Shown: positions 28,648 through 38,157 of the stretch, piece by piece | How positions within the stretch are numbered: position 1 is the first letter of the stretch | Layout of the letters: each line of letters opens with the position of its first letter | Assembly: GCA_947453525.1 (NCBI GenBank) | Contig: CANGHD010000002.1 | Location: 1,447 to 65,446 of the forward strand | DNA length: 64,000 bases | Direction: 5' to 3' | From: Paracoccaceae bacterium | GTDB taxonomy: Bacteria; Pseudomonadota; Alphaproteobacteria; Rhodobacterales; Rhodobacteraceae | Notes under the pieces: generated by a model | Databases searched by the model: none | Seen by the model: the letters and a program-made list of their open reading frames with translations, nothing else | Told to the model about the DNA's origin: nothing | Made by a program: the position numbers and the translations under genes

Positions 28648-30153
28648 TTAACTCTTCAGACCCGCCGCGAGGTTGATGGCGGCCACCGTGCCGGGTCCGA
28701 ATTTGCCATCGGTCTTGCCATCGAAGAACTGGTGGTCTTTCAACAGCTTCTGCAGCTCGATGCGGGTCTTTTTGGTGAAGGACTCCGAATTGGTCGTCAC
28801 CTGGTCGATCACGACCTGCGCGCCGATCCGGATCGAGGAATAGATGTAGCGGGCGGCGTCTTTCGGGCCTTGTCCCTTGATCTGGCCAAGGTCGATCATG
28901 CGGGCATAGTTGAACATCGCCTCGGGGTGGCGCAGGTCGGCGGCCTGGCGGAAATAGTCGATGCCCTTGGCGGCATCCTTGGGCAGGCCCAACTCGCCCT
29001 GAAAGTACAGGAAACCCATGTCGTTCAGGGCATCGGGGAAGCCCTGCTTGGCCGATTCCTCGTACCAGTGCAGCGCCTGTGCGGGGTCGGGGGCGACACC
29101 CACGCCCTTTTCATAGGACTTGGCCAGTTCGAACTGGCCCTCGGCCGAACCCGCCTCGGCGGCGCGCTTGAAATAGGTGAAGGCCAGAACCGGGTCGAAG
29201 CGTTTGTCCGAAGCGTCCTGGTGCAGATAGGCCACGCCCATCATCGAGCGCGTGTCGCCCTGATCGGCTGCGGTGCGCAGCGCGGCCTCGGCATCGGGTT
29301 TGGCGAAGGCCGCCGACCATTGCGCCACACGGTTGTTGGGATCGACCGGGGCCGCAGCGGCCGCATCCGCGCCGCCCGCCAGAAAGAAGGGTTCGCCGGA
29401 CAAGGAACCGTAGGTATAGGGCTCCTGCAGGTTTTGCGTCGCCTTCAGCACCTCGTCACGCACCTTGCGGAACATCAGGCTGATTTCCAGATCGGGCTGG
29501 CCCAGCACATCCATCAGCGCCGTGGCATAGGGGCTGTCACCGCCCACACCGTCCAGTGCCACCTGACCCTCCTTGGCGGCAAAGGCCACCATTGTTCCCT
29601 GGTCGGGATTGACCGGCGCCAGCCCGGAGGGCCCGGTCGAGCGGCTGTCGGTGCCCGCCTTGGCCGGATCGGCCTTCACCGTCGTGTCGATCAGATCGCC
29701 GAACGGGTTGTTGCGGCAGGCGTCCAGAATGACCACCCGCATCTTGCGCGCCGCCTCCACGGCCTTCAGCATCTGCGCCAACGATACGCCGACCCGCTGC
29801 ACATCCTTGTTGGATTTCACCTGCGCATCGACCGGGATCAGGTAATTCTCGCCGCTCGCCTCCACCCCGTGGCCGGCATAGTAGATCAGCGCGATGTCGG
29901 CCGTTTCGGCATCGAAGGAGAAGGTCTGCATCGTGTCCAGCAGTTCGGTCTGGCTCGCGTCGATGGCATAGGTGACCTTGAACCCGGCCTTTTCCAGCGT
30001 GGCGCCCACATTGCGGGCATCGTTGATCGTGTTCTTCAGCTGGACCACATGCTGATAGGCGCCCATGCCGATCACCAGCGCCACCTTCTCGGCCAGCGCG
30101 GGGAAGGGGACGAGGATCAACAGGATCAGGGCCAGCAGGGTCTTGCGCAGCAT
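28648..30153 (-). CDS. Exported caspase-like protease (peptidase C14) with SEL1 repeats and C-terminal peptidoglycan-binding domain
   Basis: Signal peptide; KVALVIG, YYAGHG and ILDACR His/Cys dyad; SEL1 repeats (AAEAGSAEGQFELA, AKQGFPDALNDMG); LQKLL..F.DGKTDGKFGPGTVAAI. Confidence 0.9.
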   Translation of the reverse strand: MLRKTLLALILLILVPFPALAEKVALVIGMGAYQHVVQLKNTINDARNVGATLEKAGFKVTYAIDASQTELLDTMQTFSFDAETADIALIYYAGHGVEASGENYLIPVDAQVKSNKDVQRVGVSLAQMLKAVEAARKMRVVILDACRNNPFGDLIDTTVKADPAKAGTDSRSTGPSGLAPVNPDQGTMVAFAAKEGQVALDGVGGDSPYATALMDVLGQPDLEISLMFRKVRDEVLKATQNLQEPYTYGSLSGEPFFLAGGADAAAAAPVDPNNRVAQWSAAFAKPDAEAALRTAADQGDTRSMMGVAYLHQDASDKRFDPVLAFTYFKRAAEAGSAEGQFELAKSYEKGVGVAPDPAQALHWYEESAKQGFPDALNDMGFLYFQGELGLPKDAAKGIDYFRQAADLRHPEAMFNYARMIDLGQIKGQGPKDAARYIYSSIRIGAQVVIDQVTTNSESFTKKTRIELQKLLKDHQFFDGKTDGKFGPGTVAAINLAAGLKS

Positions 30154-30192
30154 GGGTTCCTCAAAGACAGGCGTCAGGTCGCAGGACTTGGG

Positions 30193-31242
30193 TCAGTCCA
30201 GCACTTTGAATTCGATCCGGCGGTTGCGGTTGCGATTCTCGTCGCTGTTATTGGCGACCAGAGGTGTCGTCTCGCCATAGCCCTTGGCCACAAGACGGTC
30301 GGCTGCAACCCCTTTGCCCGCCAGATAGGCCGCAACCGCCGCTGCCCGCCGTTCCGACAGGGTCAGGTTGGCGGCATCGGGGCCTACGTCATCCGTGTGG
30401 CCGCCAATCTCGACCCGCAGCGCCGGGCAGCGGTTCACGACGTCCAGAAGCGTATCCAGCACCGCCGAATCCGCCACATCCAGCCGGGCGGAGGCCGAGG
30501 CGAAGGTGATGTTTCCGGCATGGCTGAGCGTGTCGAACCGGTCCTTGCAGGCCGCCGGATCAAAGTCTCCTTGGGTTTCCTTGGCTGTGGCCGCCCCGAT
30601 AGCAGGCGTGGCCGTCCCGTTGGCGGTGGTGGAGCCGTTGCGGACGAAGACCCAGTCGAACGAGACCGAGCCGACCGGCACCAGCTTGACACTTGCCGCG
30701 TCCTGCAGCTTGCTCACGCCCTCTGTCAGGTTGAAATCCGCCGCAGACACCGGAATGACGCCGACCGAGGCCACCGTGACCATGTCGGGCGAGACCAGCG
30801 TGACGGCCACATCCGCCGTCATCTGCTTGGCCACGCCATGCAGGGTCAACGTGAAGGGGATGTTGGCGATGATCCGGTGCTTGGCCGGAAGCTCGGCCAG
30901 CAGGGCGGGGTCAAGGGTGGTCGTGATCACCGCCTCGGGGAATTTGAAGGTTTCAAAGAACAGGAACCGCATCCGCACATTGCGCAGGTCGATATGAGTG
31001 TCGATGGAATCAAGCGCGACATGCACCTCTGCATCGCCCTGTGGCGAGATGCTGCCGGTGAAGGTGGCGATGGAATTCATCTCGACCTTGGTGTCATTCT
31101 TGACAGACTGGAAGCCCAGAACCGAGCCCTCGGGCTGCAGCACCCAGCCTTTGGCGAAGGCATCGGGTTGCGCCAAAGCCGGGCAGGACAGCGCCAGAAG
31201 CAGGGCCAGACAAAGGGCCGTCAGCCCAGCGAACAAACGCAT
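30193..31242 (-). CDS. YceI-like domain plus OmpA C-terminal peptidoglycan-binding domain protein
   Basis: Signal peptide; FQSVK, SIDTHIDLRN, FPEA, LTLHGV (YceI-like); IGGHTD, NLTLSERRA, GYGE, NRRIEF (OmpA_C). Confidence 0.88.
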   Translation of the reverse strand: MRLFAGLTALCLALLLALSCPALAQPDAFAKGWVLQPEGSVLGFQSVKNDTKVEMNSIATFTGSISPQGDAEVHVALDSIDTHIDLRNVRMRFLFFETFKFPEAVITTTLDPALLAELPAKHRIIANIPFTLTLHGVAKQMTADVAVTLVSPDMVTVASVGVIPVSAADFNLTEGVSKLQDAASVKLVPVGSVSFDWVFVRNGSTTANGTATPAIGAATAKETQGDFDPAACKDRFDTLSHAGNITFASASARLDVADSAVLDTLLDVVNRCPALRVEIGGHTDDVGPDAANLTLSERRAAAVAAYLAGKGVAADRLVAKGYGETTPLVANNSDENRNRNRRIEFKVLD

Positions 31243-31444
31243 CAGCACATCTCCAAATCGGGCCGGACCGGACGGAATCTGTCCGGAGGCGTCGTTCAAG
31301 GCAGGCGCGATAATGCGCTTTCGCGGGAAGAAAGCAACAGCGTCAGGCAATTGTGATCGGATCTTCCATCGGAACGACACTCCCATTGTCAGGCACGGCG
31401 GAATGGGTAAGGGTCGGCACGCGCAACGCAGGCGGAGGGATTTC

Positions 31445-32965
31445 GTGATACGGTTCTGGCTTTGGATGCTTTCTCTGTGCGTCGCAGTTCTGACCGCCGA
31501 TCTGGCGCAAGCCGAGCCGCGCATCGCGCTGGTGATCGGCAATGGCGGCTACAGATCGGTCAACGCCCTGCCCAATCCGCCGCATGACGCCGTGCTGATG
31601 GCCGAGGCGCTCAAGACGGCGGGCTTTTCCGTGACCTTGGTGCAGGACGGCGATCTGGTCACGATGGGGGCGGCGGTGACGCAGTTCGGCAAAGAACTGC
31701 GCGATGCCGGGGCCGAGGCGACGGGCCTCTTTTTTTACGCGGGCCATGGCGTGCAAAGCTTCGGGCAGAATTACCTCGTGCCGGTCGATGCGCGGCTGAC
31801 CAATGCGGCCGATCTGTCGCTGGTGGCGCTGGATGCGCAATCGGTGCTGCGCCAGATGGCGTCGGCCCACAACCGCACCAACATCGTCATTCTGGACGCC
31901 TGCCGGAACAATCCCTTTGCGCAGGTGCGTGACCTGACCGACAATGGTCTGGCCGAAATGTCCGCGCCAACCGGCACCTTTCTGGCCTATGCCACCGCCC
32001 CCGGCGCCGTGGCGCTGGACGGGCTGGATGGCAACAGCCCCTTCACCAAGGCCTTGGCCGCCAAGGTCGTCACGCCGGGTCTGGCGATCGAACAGGCCTT
32101 CAAGGATGTTCGGGTCGAGGTTCTGGACAAGACCGGCGGCAAGCAGACGCCGTGGGACACCTCCAGCCTGACCGGGGATTTCATCTTCACCCCGGACGCG
32201 GCGGGCAGCGATGAGGAACATCTGTGGGCCTCGGTCTCGGCCTCGGGCGATCCGGTGCAGATCATGCTGTTCCTGCGGGCCTATCCGCAATCGGGGCATG
32301 AGAAGGCGGCGCGGCAACTGCTGGCCTCGGTGATGCAGGACGAGGTCAAGGGCCAGGGTAAGCCCACACCGGCACCTGTGACCGGACCCCCGGCGGCGGG
32401 CGTGGCGGCCGACGAGGTGACGGCCTTCGAGGGGGCCCAGAAGGCGGGGACGCGGCAGGCGCTGGCGGATTTCCTGACGGTCCATCCCCAGTCGACCTTC
32501 GCCGCTGCCGTTCAGGCCGAGATCGCGGCCCTCGACAAACCCATCGCGTCCACCGCCGTGCCGCAGCCTGCTGCTCCGCCCGCCGATGCGGCGGCGGGCG
32601 AAGTCCCGGCCGAGCTTGCCGCCGCGATCGCGGCCGCACCGGTGACCTTCACGGGCGCCTTGACGGAAGGGGACGATGCCATCAAGGGCCAGTCCATTGA
32701 ACATCTGATCGCCGGCCAGCCGCTCTTCGCCCCGATCGAAGGTCTGCCGAAAGAGGCATGGGCCGGTCAAGCCTGTGCGACCTGCCACAAATGGACCAAG
32801 CCCGCACTCTGCGATCAGGCCAAGTTCTATGTCAAGGAAGCCGCCCCCTCCGCAAAACTGACCCAGCACCCCCTGGGCGGCGCCTTCAAGCTGACCCTGA
32901 AAGCTTGGGCCGCAACGGGCTGCAAAAGGGGCCGCCCCCTCGACGCTGCTTTTCCGGTTCCCTGA
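31445..32965 (+). CDS. Exported caspase-like protease (peptidase C14) with C-terminal CxxCH domain
   Basis: GTG start after GGAGG; signal peptide ending AQA; RIALVIGN, FFYAGHG, ILDACR; CATCH at 32774-32788. Confidence 0.9.
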   Translation: MIRFWLWMLSLCVAVLTADLAQAEPRIALVIGNGGYRSVNALPNPPHDAVLMAEALKTAGFSVTLVQDGDLVTMGAAVTQFGKELRDAGAEATGLFFYAGHGVQSFGQNYLVPVDARLTNAADLSLVALDAQSVLRQMASAHNRTNIVILDACRNNPFAQVRDLTDNGLAEMSAPTGTFLAYATAPGAVALDGLDGNSPFTKALAAKVVTPGLAIEQAFKDVRVEVLDKTGGKQTPWDTSSLTGDFIFTPDAAGSDEEHLWASVSASGDPVQIMLFLRAYPQSGHEKAARQLLASVMQDEVKGQGKPTPAPVTGPPAAGVAADEVTAFEGAQKAGTRQALADFLTVHPQSTFAAAVQAEIAALDKPIASTAVPQPAAPPADAAAGEVPAELAAAIAAAPVTFTGALTEGDDAIKGQSIEHLIAGQPLFAPIEGLPKEAWAGQACATCHKWTKPALCDQAKFYVKEAAPSAKLTQHPLGGAFKLTLKAWAATGCKRGRPLDAAFPVP

Positions 32966-33087
32966 GGCCCAAACTCCCCAAGGGGGATGAGCGATCAGAC
33001 ATCCTCCAGTGGAAGAGCTCCGCGCCGAACGCCCGGCCATTGGCCGGGCTTGGTGTGTGAACCCACCGAGCTTTCGCGACGGAAGGC

Positions 33088-34710
33088 CTACTGTGCCTTG
33101 GTCGAAACCATGAAATAGACCCATTCGCCCTTGAACCCCGGGTCCTTGGCCCGCGCCTCTGCCACGCGGGTCTTGAGCCACTCCAGATAGGAGCCGGCCG
33201 GTTCCGACAAGGGGCGGACGCCGTCGTACAATGGGGCGGAGGCTGCGAAAGCGGCGGCGATTTCCTGGCCGTAGGGTGGGCCTATGGTGATGTCGAGCGC
33301 CGGTTCGTCGCCTTCTTTCCTGCCGACGAAGAAGGTAGAGTTTGCGGTGCGCGCCTTCAGCGGCACCCGGTCATTCGGGATCAGGTGGATGACGTTGCCA
33401 TCGGCGTCGAAGAAATCGACATAGACGAAGGCATCGTAATCGGGGGCTGCGAGTTCCAACTCCATCTTCTGGCCCTGCACGTAGTTGAAGGTGCGGGCCT
33501 GCGCATCCGCGCCGATCAGTTTGGGGTTGGTCAATTGATCCTGACTTTGCGGCAGACCGACGTCGGCAATCCCGGACAGGGCGCCGCATTGCGGGCGGGG
33601 CAGGATCATCAGCGCGTCGTTCACCGGGATCCCGCCGCCCAGTTGCGCTTGCAGGGCCGCGAGGATCGGGCCTTTCATCGCCGCGTCGGGCACATGGCCG
33701 CGCAGGTCCAGACTGCCGGTCGCGGGGTTGAACTCGGCCTGCAGGCGCGAGCAGGGTGCTGCACTGAGGAGGGCGGCGAGACCGTCATGCACGTCATCGG
33801 CCTGCGCCGCCGCATCGCCGGGCCGCATGAACGAGGCGATGGCCTTCAGCGAGACCGGGTCCAGCGCAGCCCCCGCTCCGCTCCATGCCAGCGTGGCGGT
33901 CATCTGTTCGCCGGTTGCGGGAGCTGCCGCAACGGTTTCGGCCTGCGGCGTGGCAGATCCGGCCACCTCGCCGGTCGGAACGGTCGCAGACAGGGGTTGC
34001 GCCGGAGCCGAGGCTGCGGCGATGGTCTGGGTCGCCGGAGCGGCTGCGAGGGCCACGGCACCGGTGGCGGCGCTGGCGGTCAGGGTTTGCGCCGTTGGCG
34101 CAGCCGCAAGCACGGTCGCCCCGGCGGGTGCGGTTGCGGTGAGGTCTGTTTCAGGTGTGGCGATGGCCTCCACGGGCGGCGGCGGGGCCAAGATGGCCGC
34201 GACCTGCGCCGGTGGGGCTGTTGGTGCCAGGGGTTGGGCTTGTGGTGTGGCGGCGCTGACGGTCTCGGCGGGCGGTGCCAAAGCCTGAACCGGGGCGGGG
34301 GCGGCGGTTTGGGCGGCTGCGGGGGCACGGAGGGCTGCCGCCTTGACCGGGGCCGGACCTGCGGTCTGCACGGCGGCCGGGGCGGCGGGGGCTTCGGCTT
34401 TGGCCACCGTCTGCGGCAGCGCTGCGGGGCGGGCCTGACTTTGCCGGACCGTGCCTTGGGCTGCGGCGGCACCTGCCGCCGAGGCGGCTGCGGCCTTTTG
34501 TCCCTCTGATGCCTGCGGCTTGGCCTGTGATTGCTGCACCGCCTGCGTCTCGATCCGCAGTTCCGATTTCGGCAGCGGCTGATCCGTCACCGGCCCCGGC
34601 TGCAACAGCGCCACCACCAGCGCCGCCACGCCGACATGGGCCGCCGCCGACAGGACAAGTCCCGCGCCATAGCCGGTCAAAGGCGTGCCGGGCGCTTCGG
34701 ACAGGGTCAT
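33088..34710 (-). CDS. TonB/TolA-like anchored protein with Ala/Pro-rich stalk and DUF4384-like C-terminal domain
   Basis: N-terminal TM with S-x3-H (LSAAAHVGV); long low-complexity linker; C-terminal FVYVDFFDADGNVIHLIPN..IGPPYGQE; coupled to exbD. Confidence 0.75.
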   Translation of the reverse strand: MTLSEAPGTPLTGYGAGLVLSAAAHVGVAALVVALLQPGPVTDQPLPKSELRIETQAVQQSQAKPQASEGQKAAAASAAGAAAAQGTVRQSQARPAALPQTVAKAEAPAAPAAVQTAGPAPVKAAALRAPAAAQTAAPAPVQALAPPAETVSAATPQAQPLAPTAPPAQVAAILAPPPPVEAIATPETDLTATAPAGATVLAAAPTAQTLTASAATGAVALAAAPATQTIAAASAPAQPLSATVPTGEVAGSATPQAETVAAAPATGEQMTATLAWSGAGAALDPVSLKAIASFMRPGDAAAQADDVHDGLAALLSAAPCSRLQAEFNPATGSLDLRGHVPDAAMKGPILAALQAQLGGGIPVNDALMILPRPQCGALSGIADVGLPQSQDQLTNPKLIGADAQARTFNYVQGQKMELELAAPDYDAFVYVDFFDADGNVIHLIPNDRVPLKARTANSTFFVGRKEGDEPALDITIGPPYGQEIAAAFAASAPLYDGVRPLSEPAGSYLEWLKTRVAEARAKDPGFKGEWVYFMVSTKAQ

Positions 34711-35111
34711 TGCACCTCCGGCGAGACGATGATGGCCACATCCTTGGCCCCGGCATCTTCAAGACGGTTCACGAGGCTGAGGATGATGCGCAGGGGGGTG
34801 GTGCGGTCGGAGTTGATCCGCACCAGCGCATCGGGCGTGGCGGAAAGGCGCTGTTTGATCATGGCGGGCAAGGCCTCGGCGGTCAGGGGCGCGCCGTCGA
34901 GCGCGAGGTTGCCGTCCGCGGCGACCGACAGGGTCAGACCGCCGCCGGGCAGGTCCTTGCCGGTCTGGCCATGTGGCGGCAGGACGGCGAAGGGGGCGGT
35001 GGCGTCAAGCCGGCCGACCATCATGAAAAAGATCAGCAGAAAGAAGGTCACATCGATCAGCGCCACCACGGATTCGCGCTCGGTCTTGGGCGGCGGGCGG
35101 CGCAGCTTCAT
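34707..35111 (-). CDS. exbD: ExbD/TolR-family protein
   Basis: ALIDVTFFLLIFFMM TM with conserved Asp; periplasmic INSD..L..AG. Confidence 0.9.
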   Translation of the reverse strand: MKLRRPPPKTERESVVALIDVTFFLLIFFMMVGRLDATAPFAVLPPHGQTGKDLPGGGLTLSVAADGNLALDGAPLTAEALPAMIKQRLSATPDALVRINSDRTTPLRIILSLVNRLEDAGAKDVAIIVSPEVQ

Positions 35112-35530
35112 GGTTGCGCCTCGACCCTTATCACCTTGACGCGGGTGGCCCCTGCGGCAGTGACGGTGTCCATCACGGTGATCAGGCTTTGCAGATCGGC
35201 CGCACCCGAGGGGAAAAGGACGACCGGGGTCAGAGGGTCGACGGCGATGCGGGCGGCGACGAGGGCGGCAAGGTCGGGTTGGGTCAGGACATTGCCCGCG
35301 ATCTGCGGCTGGCCTTGGGCATTGATGCGGATCAAGAGGGTGGTCGAAGGCGCCGCGCTGATGGTGGCCGCCGGGGCCTCGGACGACTTTTGCAGCGCGG
35401 GGACCATGTCGAGATTGAGGTAGCTGGAGGTGATCATGAAGAAAAACAAGAGGATCATCATCACGTCGATCATTGAGACAACCGACAGGGCGCTGCGTCG
35501 CGGAGGCGGGCGGCGAAGCGTCAGGGCCAT
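35108..35530 (-). CDS. exbD: ExbD/TolR-family protein (second copy)
   Basis: SMIDVMMILLFFFMI TM with conserved Asp; VMD...AG. Confidence 0.9.
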   Translation of the reverse strand: MALTLRRPPPRRSALSVVSMIDVMMILLFFFMITSSYLNLDMVPALQKSSEAPAATISAAPSTTLLIRINAQGQPQIAGNVLTQPDLAALVAARIAVDPLTPVVLFPSGAADLQSLITVMDTVTAAGATRVKVIRVEAQP

Positions 35531-35531
35531 G

Positions 35532-36155
35532 TCAGGACCTGTGGCTGAGGGCGAGAAGGCGGCCCACGGCGCTTTCGATCCGCAGCGCCGCCGTTTCCAC
35601 CCGGCCCGCCAGCAGGTTGGCGGCCACGGCGGCGGGGATGGCGACGATCAGGCCGCCGGCGGTGGTGATCAGCGCCTCCCAGATGCCGCCGGCCAGAACC
35701 GAGGCATTGGCCGAACCCTGCGCCGCTGACAGGTCCTGAAAGCTTTTGATCATCCCCAGCACGGTGCCCAGAAGGCCCAGAAGCGGCGCGATCATCGAGA
35801 TCAGGTCCAGAAGCCGCAGCCATGTCGACATGGCCGCCACCTCTTCATTGCCGCGCCGGGTGGTTTCGGCCTCCACCGCCGCCAGCGGCAAGCCTGCGGC
35901 GAGACCCTGCATGGCCGTCAGCAGCACCCGGTCGGCGGGGGCGCGGCCTGCGCTGGCGGCCGACATCGCGGCATCGCGGTTGCCGGACAGGAAGGTGTCA
36001 ATCGTGGCATCGCGCGTCTTGGCTCCGCCGGTGGCGGGCAGCAACTGGATGATCTTGGCCACGATCAGCATCAGGCTCAGCAGCGACAGGCACAAGAGGA
36101 TGATGATCACCGGCCAGCTGGCGGCGGGGATCTGCGCCAGAACGCCGCCCATCAT
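35532..36155 (-). CDS. exbB: MotA/TolQ/ExbB proton-channel family protein
   Basis: [15 protein letters not shown] and [19 protein letters not shown] motifs. Confidence 0.92.
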   Translation of the reverse strand: MMGGVLAQIPAASWPVIIILLCLSLLSLMLIVAKIIQLLPATGGAKTRDATIDTFLSGNRDAAMSAASAGRAPADRVLLTAMQGLAAGLPLAAVEAETTRRGNEEVAAMSTWLRLLDLISMIAPLLGLLGTVLGMIKSFQDLSAAQGSANASVLAGGIWEALITTAGGLIVAIPAAVAANLLAGRVETAALRIESAVGRLLALSHRS

Positions 36156-36604
36156 TCCACCAAGGGAGCGGAGGTGCGGCTTTTCAGGTCGATCAGCGGG
36201 AAGCAGTCGGTTTGCGTGCCGTTCTGCGGTTTGCAGACCGGGATGTCATGCAACAGAACCTGCCCGATGTCGGTGCAGGCGATCTGCGGGATTTCGAACA
36301 GCTTCAGCGTGGTGCGCGCGACGGGCAGCGGAGAGGCGTCGATCGACAGCAGCCGGTCAATCACCGCGTCCTTGTTGAAAATCGCCAACGACATCTGAAA
36401 GCCTTCGAAGCTGGCCCCGGTGTCGTTCTTGAACAGGAAATAGGCCCGGCAGCCACCGCCCGCAATCTCCTCGAACTTGTTCAGTTCGATGGAAAGTTTG
36501 CCGCCCGCCACCGGCGTTTCCGCCCGAAGCGGAAGGGCCTCGGCCGTCAGCAGGGCCGTCGCAAGTCCCGCCGCCGTCGCCTGCTTCAAAAGCCGTCCGT
36601 ACAT
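36152..36604 (-). CDS. Small exported protein heading the exb operon
   Basis: Signal-like N-terminus, LSIELNK..GC..F..N motif, four Cys; RBS GGGAGG; stop overlaps the exbB start. Confidence 0.78.
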   Translation of the reverse strand: MYGRLLKQATAAGLATALLTAEALPLRAETPVAGGKLSIELNKFEEIAGGGCRAYFLFKNDTGASFEGFQMSLAIFNKDAVIDRLLSIDASPLPVARTTLKLFEIPQIACTDIGQVLLHDIPVCKPQNGTQTDCFPLIDLKSRTSAPLVE

Positions 36605-36857
36605 CTGCGACCCTCCCAAAATGCAGATCAGTCTTTCGGCGCACTTGCGTCGCCTTGGGGCAGAGTGAACGCCGCCGCCCTGATTCCGTCAACTGGCTAT
36701 TGTCCGGTGCCGGGCGTGTAAAAAGGCACCATGGGCCAAAGACGGCAGTCTGACGAAAAGCCCACAGCTATTTCACGGAACTTTCACGCGCATATTCGGC
36801 TGATCCCTGCTAAACCTGCGCCTGTGCAAGGGAAATGCCGAGACTTGTACGAGACGA

Positions 36858-36888
36858 TTGACAGGAGGGGACCTCCTGTCGTCATAGT
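36858..36888 (+). promoter_or_regulatory. Candidate tssA promoter with an internal perfect dyad
   Basis: TTGACA at 36858; GACAGGAGG-GGA-CCTCCTGTC inverted repeat; CATAGT 19 bp downstream. Confidence 0.4.
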
Positions 36889-37035
36889 GTCGGCAGTTTG
36901 GTCGGCTCCCCAACTGTGAAGGGGGGATTTTATGCGAGTGACCCTCCGTTGGATCCAGCGTCATCGGAAGGGACTTTTTTAGCGCCGCTGGAAAATGCAT
37001 TGAGAGCCCGGCGCGAACCGGGTCGGGAGGCCTGA

Positions 37036-38079
37036 ATGGATTTGGACGCGCTTCTTGCCGCCCGCGAGAGCGACGGTGCGAGCGGGGAAGATCTGGAATA
37101 CGACTTTGACTTCATGGAGTTGCAACGTGTTGCAGCCCCGGGGGAAGAGCGTCAGGCCGGAAATGACATTATTGCCGGCGAAGAGCCTGATTTTCGGGAC
37201 GTTGAAACGCGGGCCCTGTCCATCCTGGAACGCAGCCATGATATCCGCGCCGCCGTGCTGCTGGCCGATGCGCGGCTGAACACCAAGGGCCTGACCGGAT
37301 TTGCCGATGCCTTGGCCTATATCCGCCGTTGCCTGGAAGAGTATTGGGACACCTGCCATCCGATCCTTGATGCCGATGATGACAACGACCCGACGATGCG
37401 CTGCAATGCTGTGCGCGGGCTGGCCGGGGCCACGACCACGCTGCGCTACCTGCGCCGCACACCCCTGACCCAAAGCCGGACCTTTGGGCGGTTGAACCTT
37501 CTGAACATCCAGCAGGGTTACGGCGAAGTGCCTCTGGCCGAGGGACAAAGTGCCGAATACGACCGGGCGGGCGTCAACGCCGCCTTCGCCGACACCAGCC
37601 CGGACGTTCTGTCGGCCACTTTGGCCGCCGCCAAGCAGATCCTGTCGGATCTGAACACGATTGACCGTCTGATTGGCAAGAAAGCCACGGGCGTCGACTT
37701 CTCGATTGATGACACGATCAAGATCGCACAGGTCATGGTCCGCCATATCGGCGAACATGTGGCCGGCGAGTCGGTCGTCGAAGAAGCCCTCGAAGAGGAG
37801 CCGGGCGCGGCGGCGGGTGGCGGTGCGGCGGCGACGGCCCCCCGGCGCGCGGGCGGCGGCGGCCTGTCCGGCGCGGTCGAGACGGCGGCGGATGCGCGCG
37901 CCGCGCTGGACCGGGTGATCGATTACTTCAAGCGCTACGAACCCTCCAGCCCGGTGCCGATCATTCTGGAACGCGCCAAACGGCTGGTGGGGGCTGATTT
38001 CATGGCGATCATGAAAGACATGGCACCGCAGGGCCTTGAAAACGTGAGAATGATCGGCGGAATCCCAGATGATGATTGA
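37036..38079 (+). CDS. tssA: T6SS TssA (short, ImpA_N)
   Basis: GEDLEYD..F..L, SHDIR, YWDTCHP.LD..DDNDPTMR.NA; C-terminal YF.RYEPSSPVP. Confidence 0.93.
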   Translation: MDLDALLAARESDGASGEDLEYDFDFMELQRVAAPGEERQAGNDIIAGEEPDFRDVETRALSILERSHDIRAAVLLADARLNTKGLTGFADALAYIRRCLEEYWDTCHPILDADDDNDPTMRCNAVRGLAGATTTLRYLRRTPLTQSRTFGRLNLLNIQQGYGEVPLAEGQSAEYDRAGVNAAFADTSPDVLSATLAAAKQILSDLNTIDRLIGKKATGVDFSIDDTIKIAQVMVRHIGEHVAGESVVEEALEEEPGAAAGGGAAATAPRRAGGGGLSGAVETAADARAALDRVIDYFKRYEPSSPVPIILERAKRLVGADFMAIMKDMAPQGLENVRMIGGIPDDD

Positions 38080-38157
38080 TCCAGCCGCGCCTCTGCCCAA
38101 CCCCGAGTATTGCAGACTTAAACCCAGATCCCAGAAACCCACATCAAGGAGCGTTTC

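Noticed and set aside
27358-31356. 1332-aa plus-strand ORF
   Set aside because: Antisense shadow of three well-supported minus-strand genes; no motifs; typical of high-GC codon bias.
30998-31542. Apparent overlap of divergent ORFs (655 aa and 449 aa)
   Set aside because: Signal peptides and RBS place the starts at 31242 (minus) and 31445 (plus), leaving a normal intergenic gap.
32920-32965. Caspase C-terminus (KRGRPLDAAFPVP) possibly extended by a repeat insertion
   Set aside because: A repeat copy abuts the stop codon, but without homolog alignments the original stop cannot be placed.
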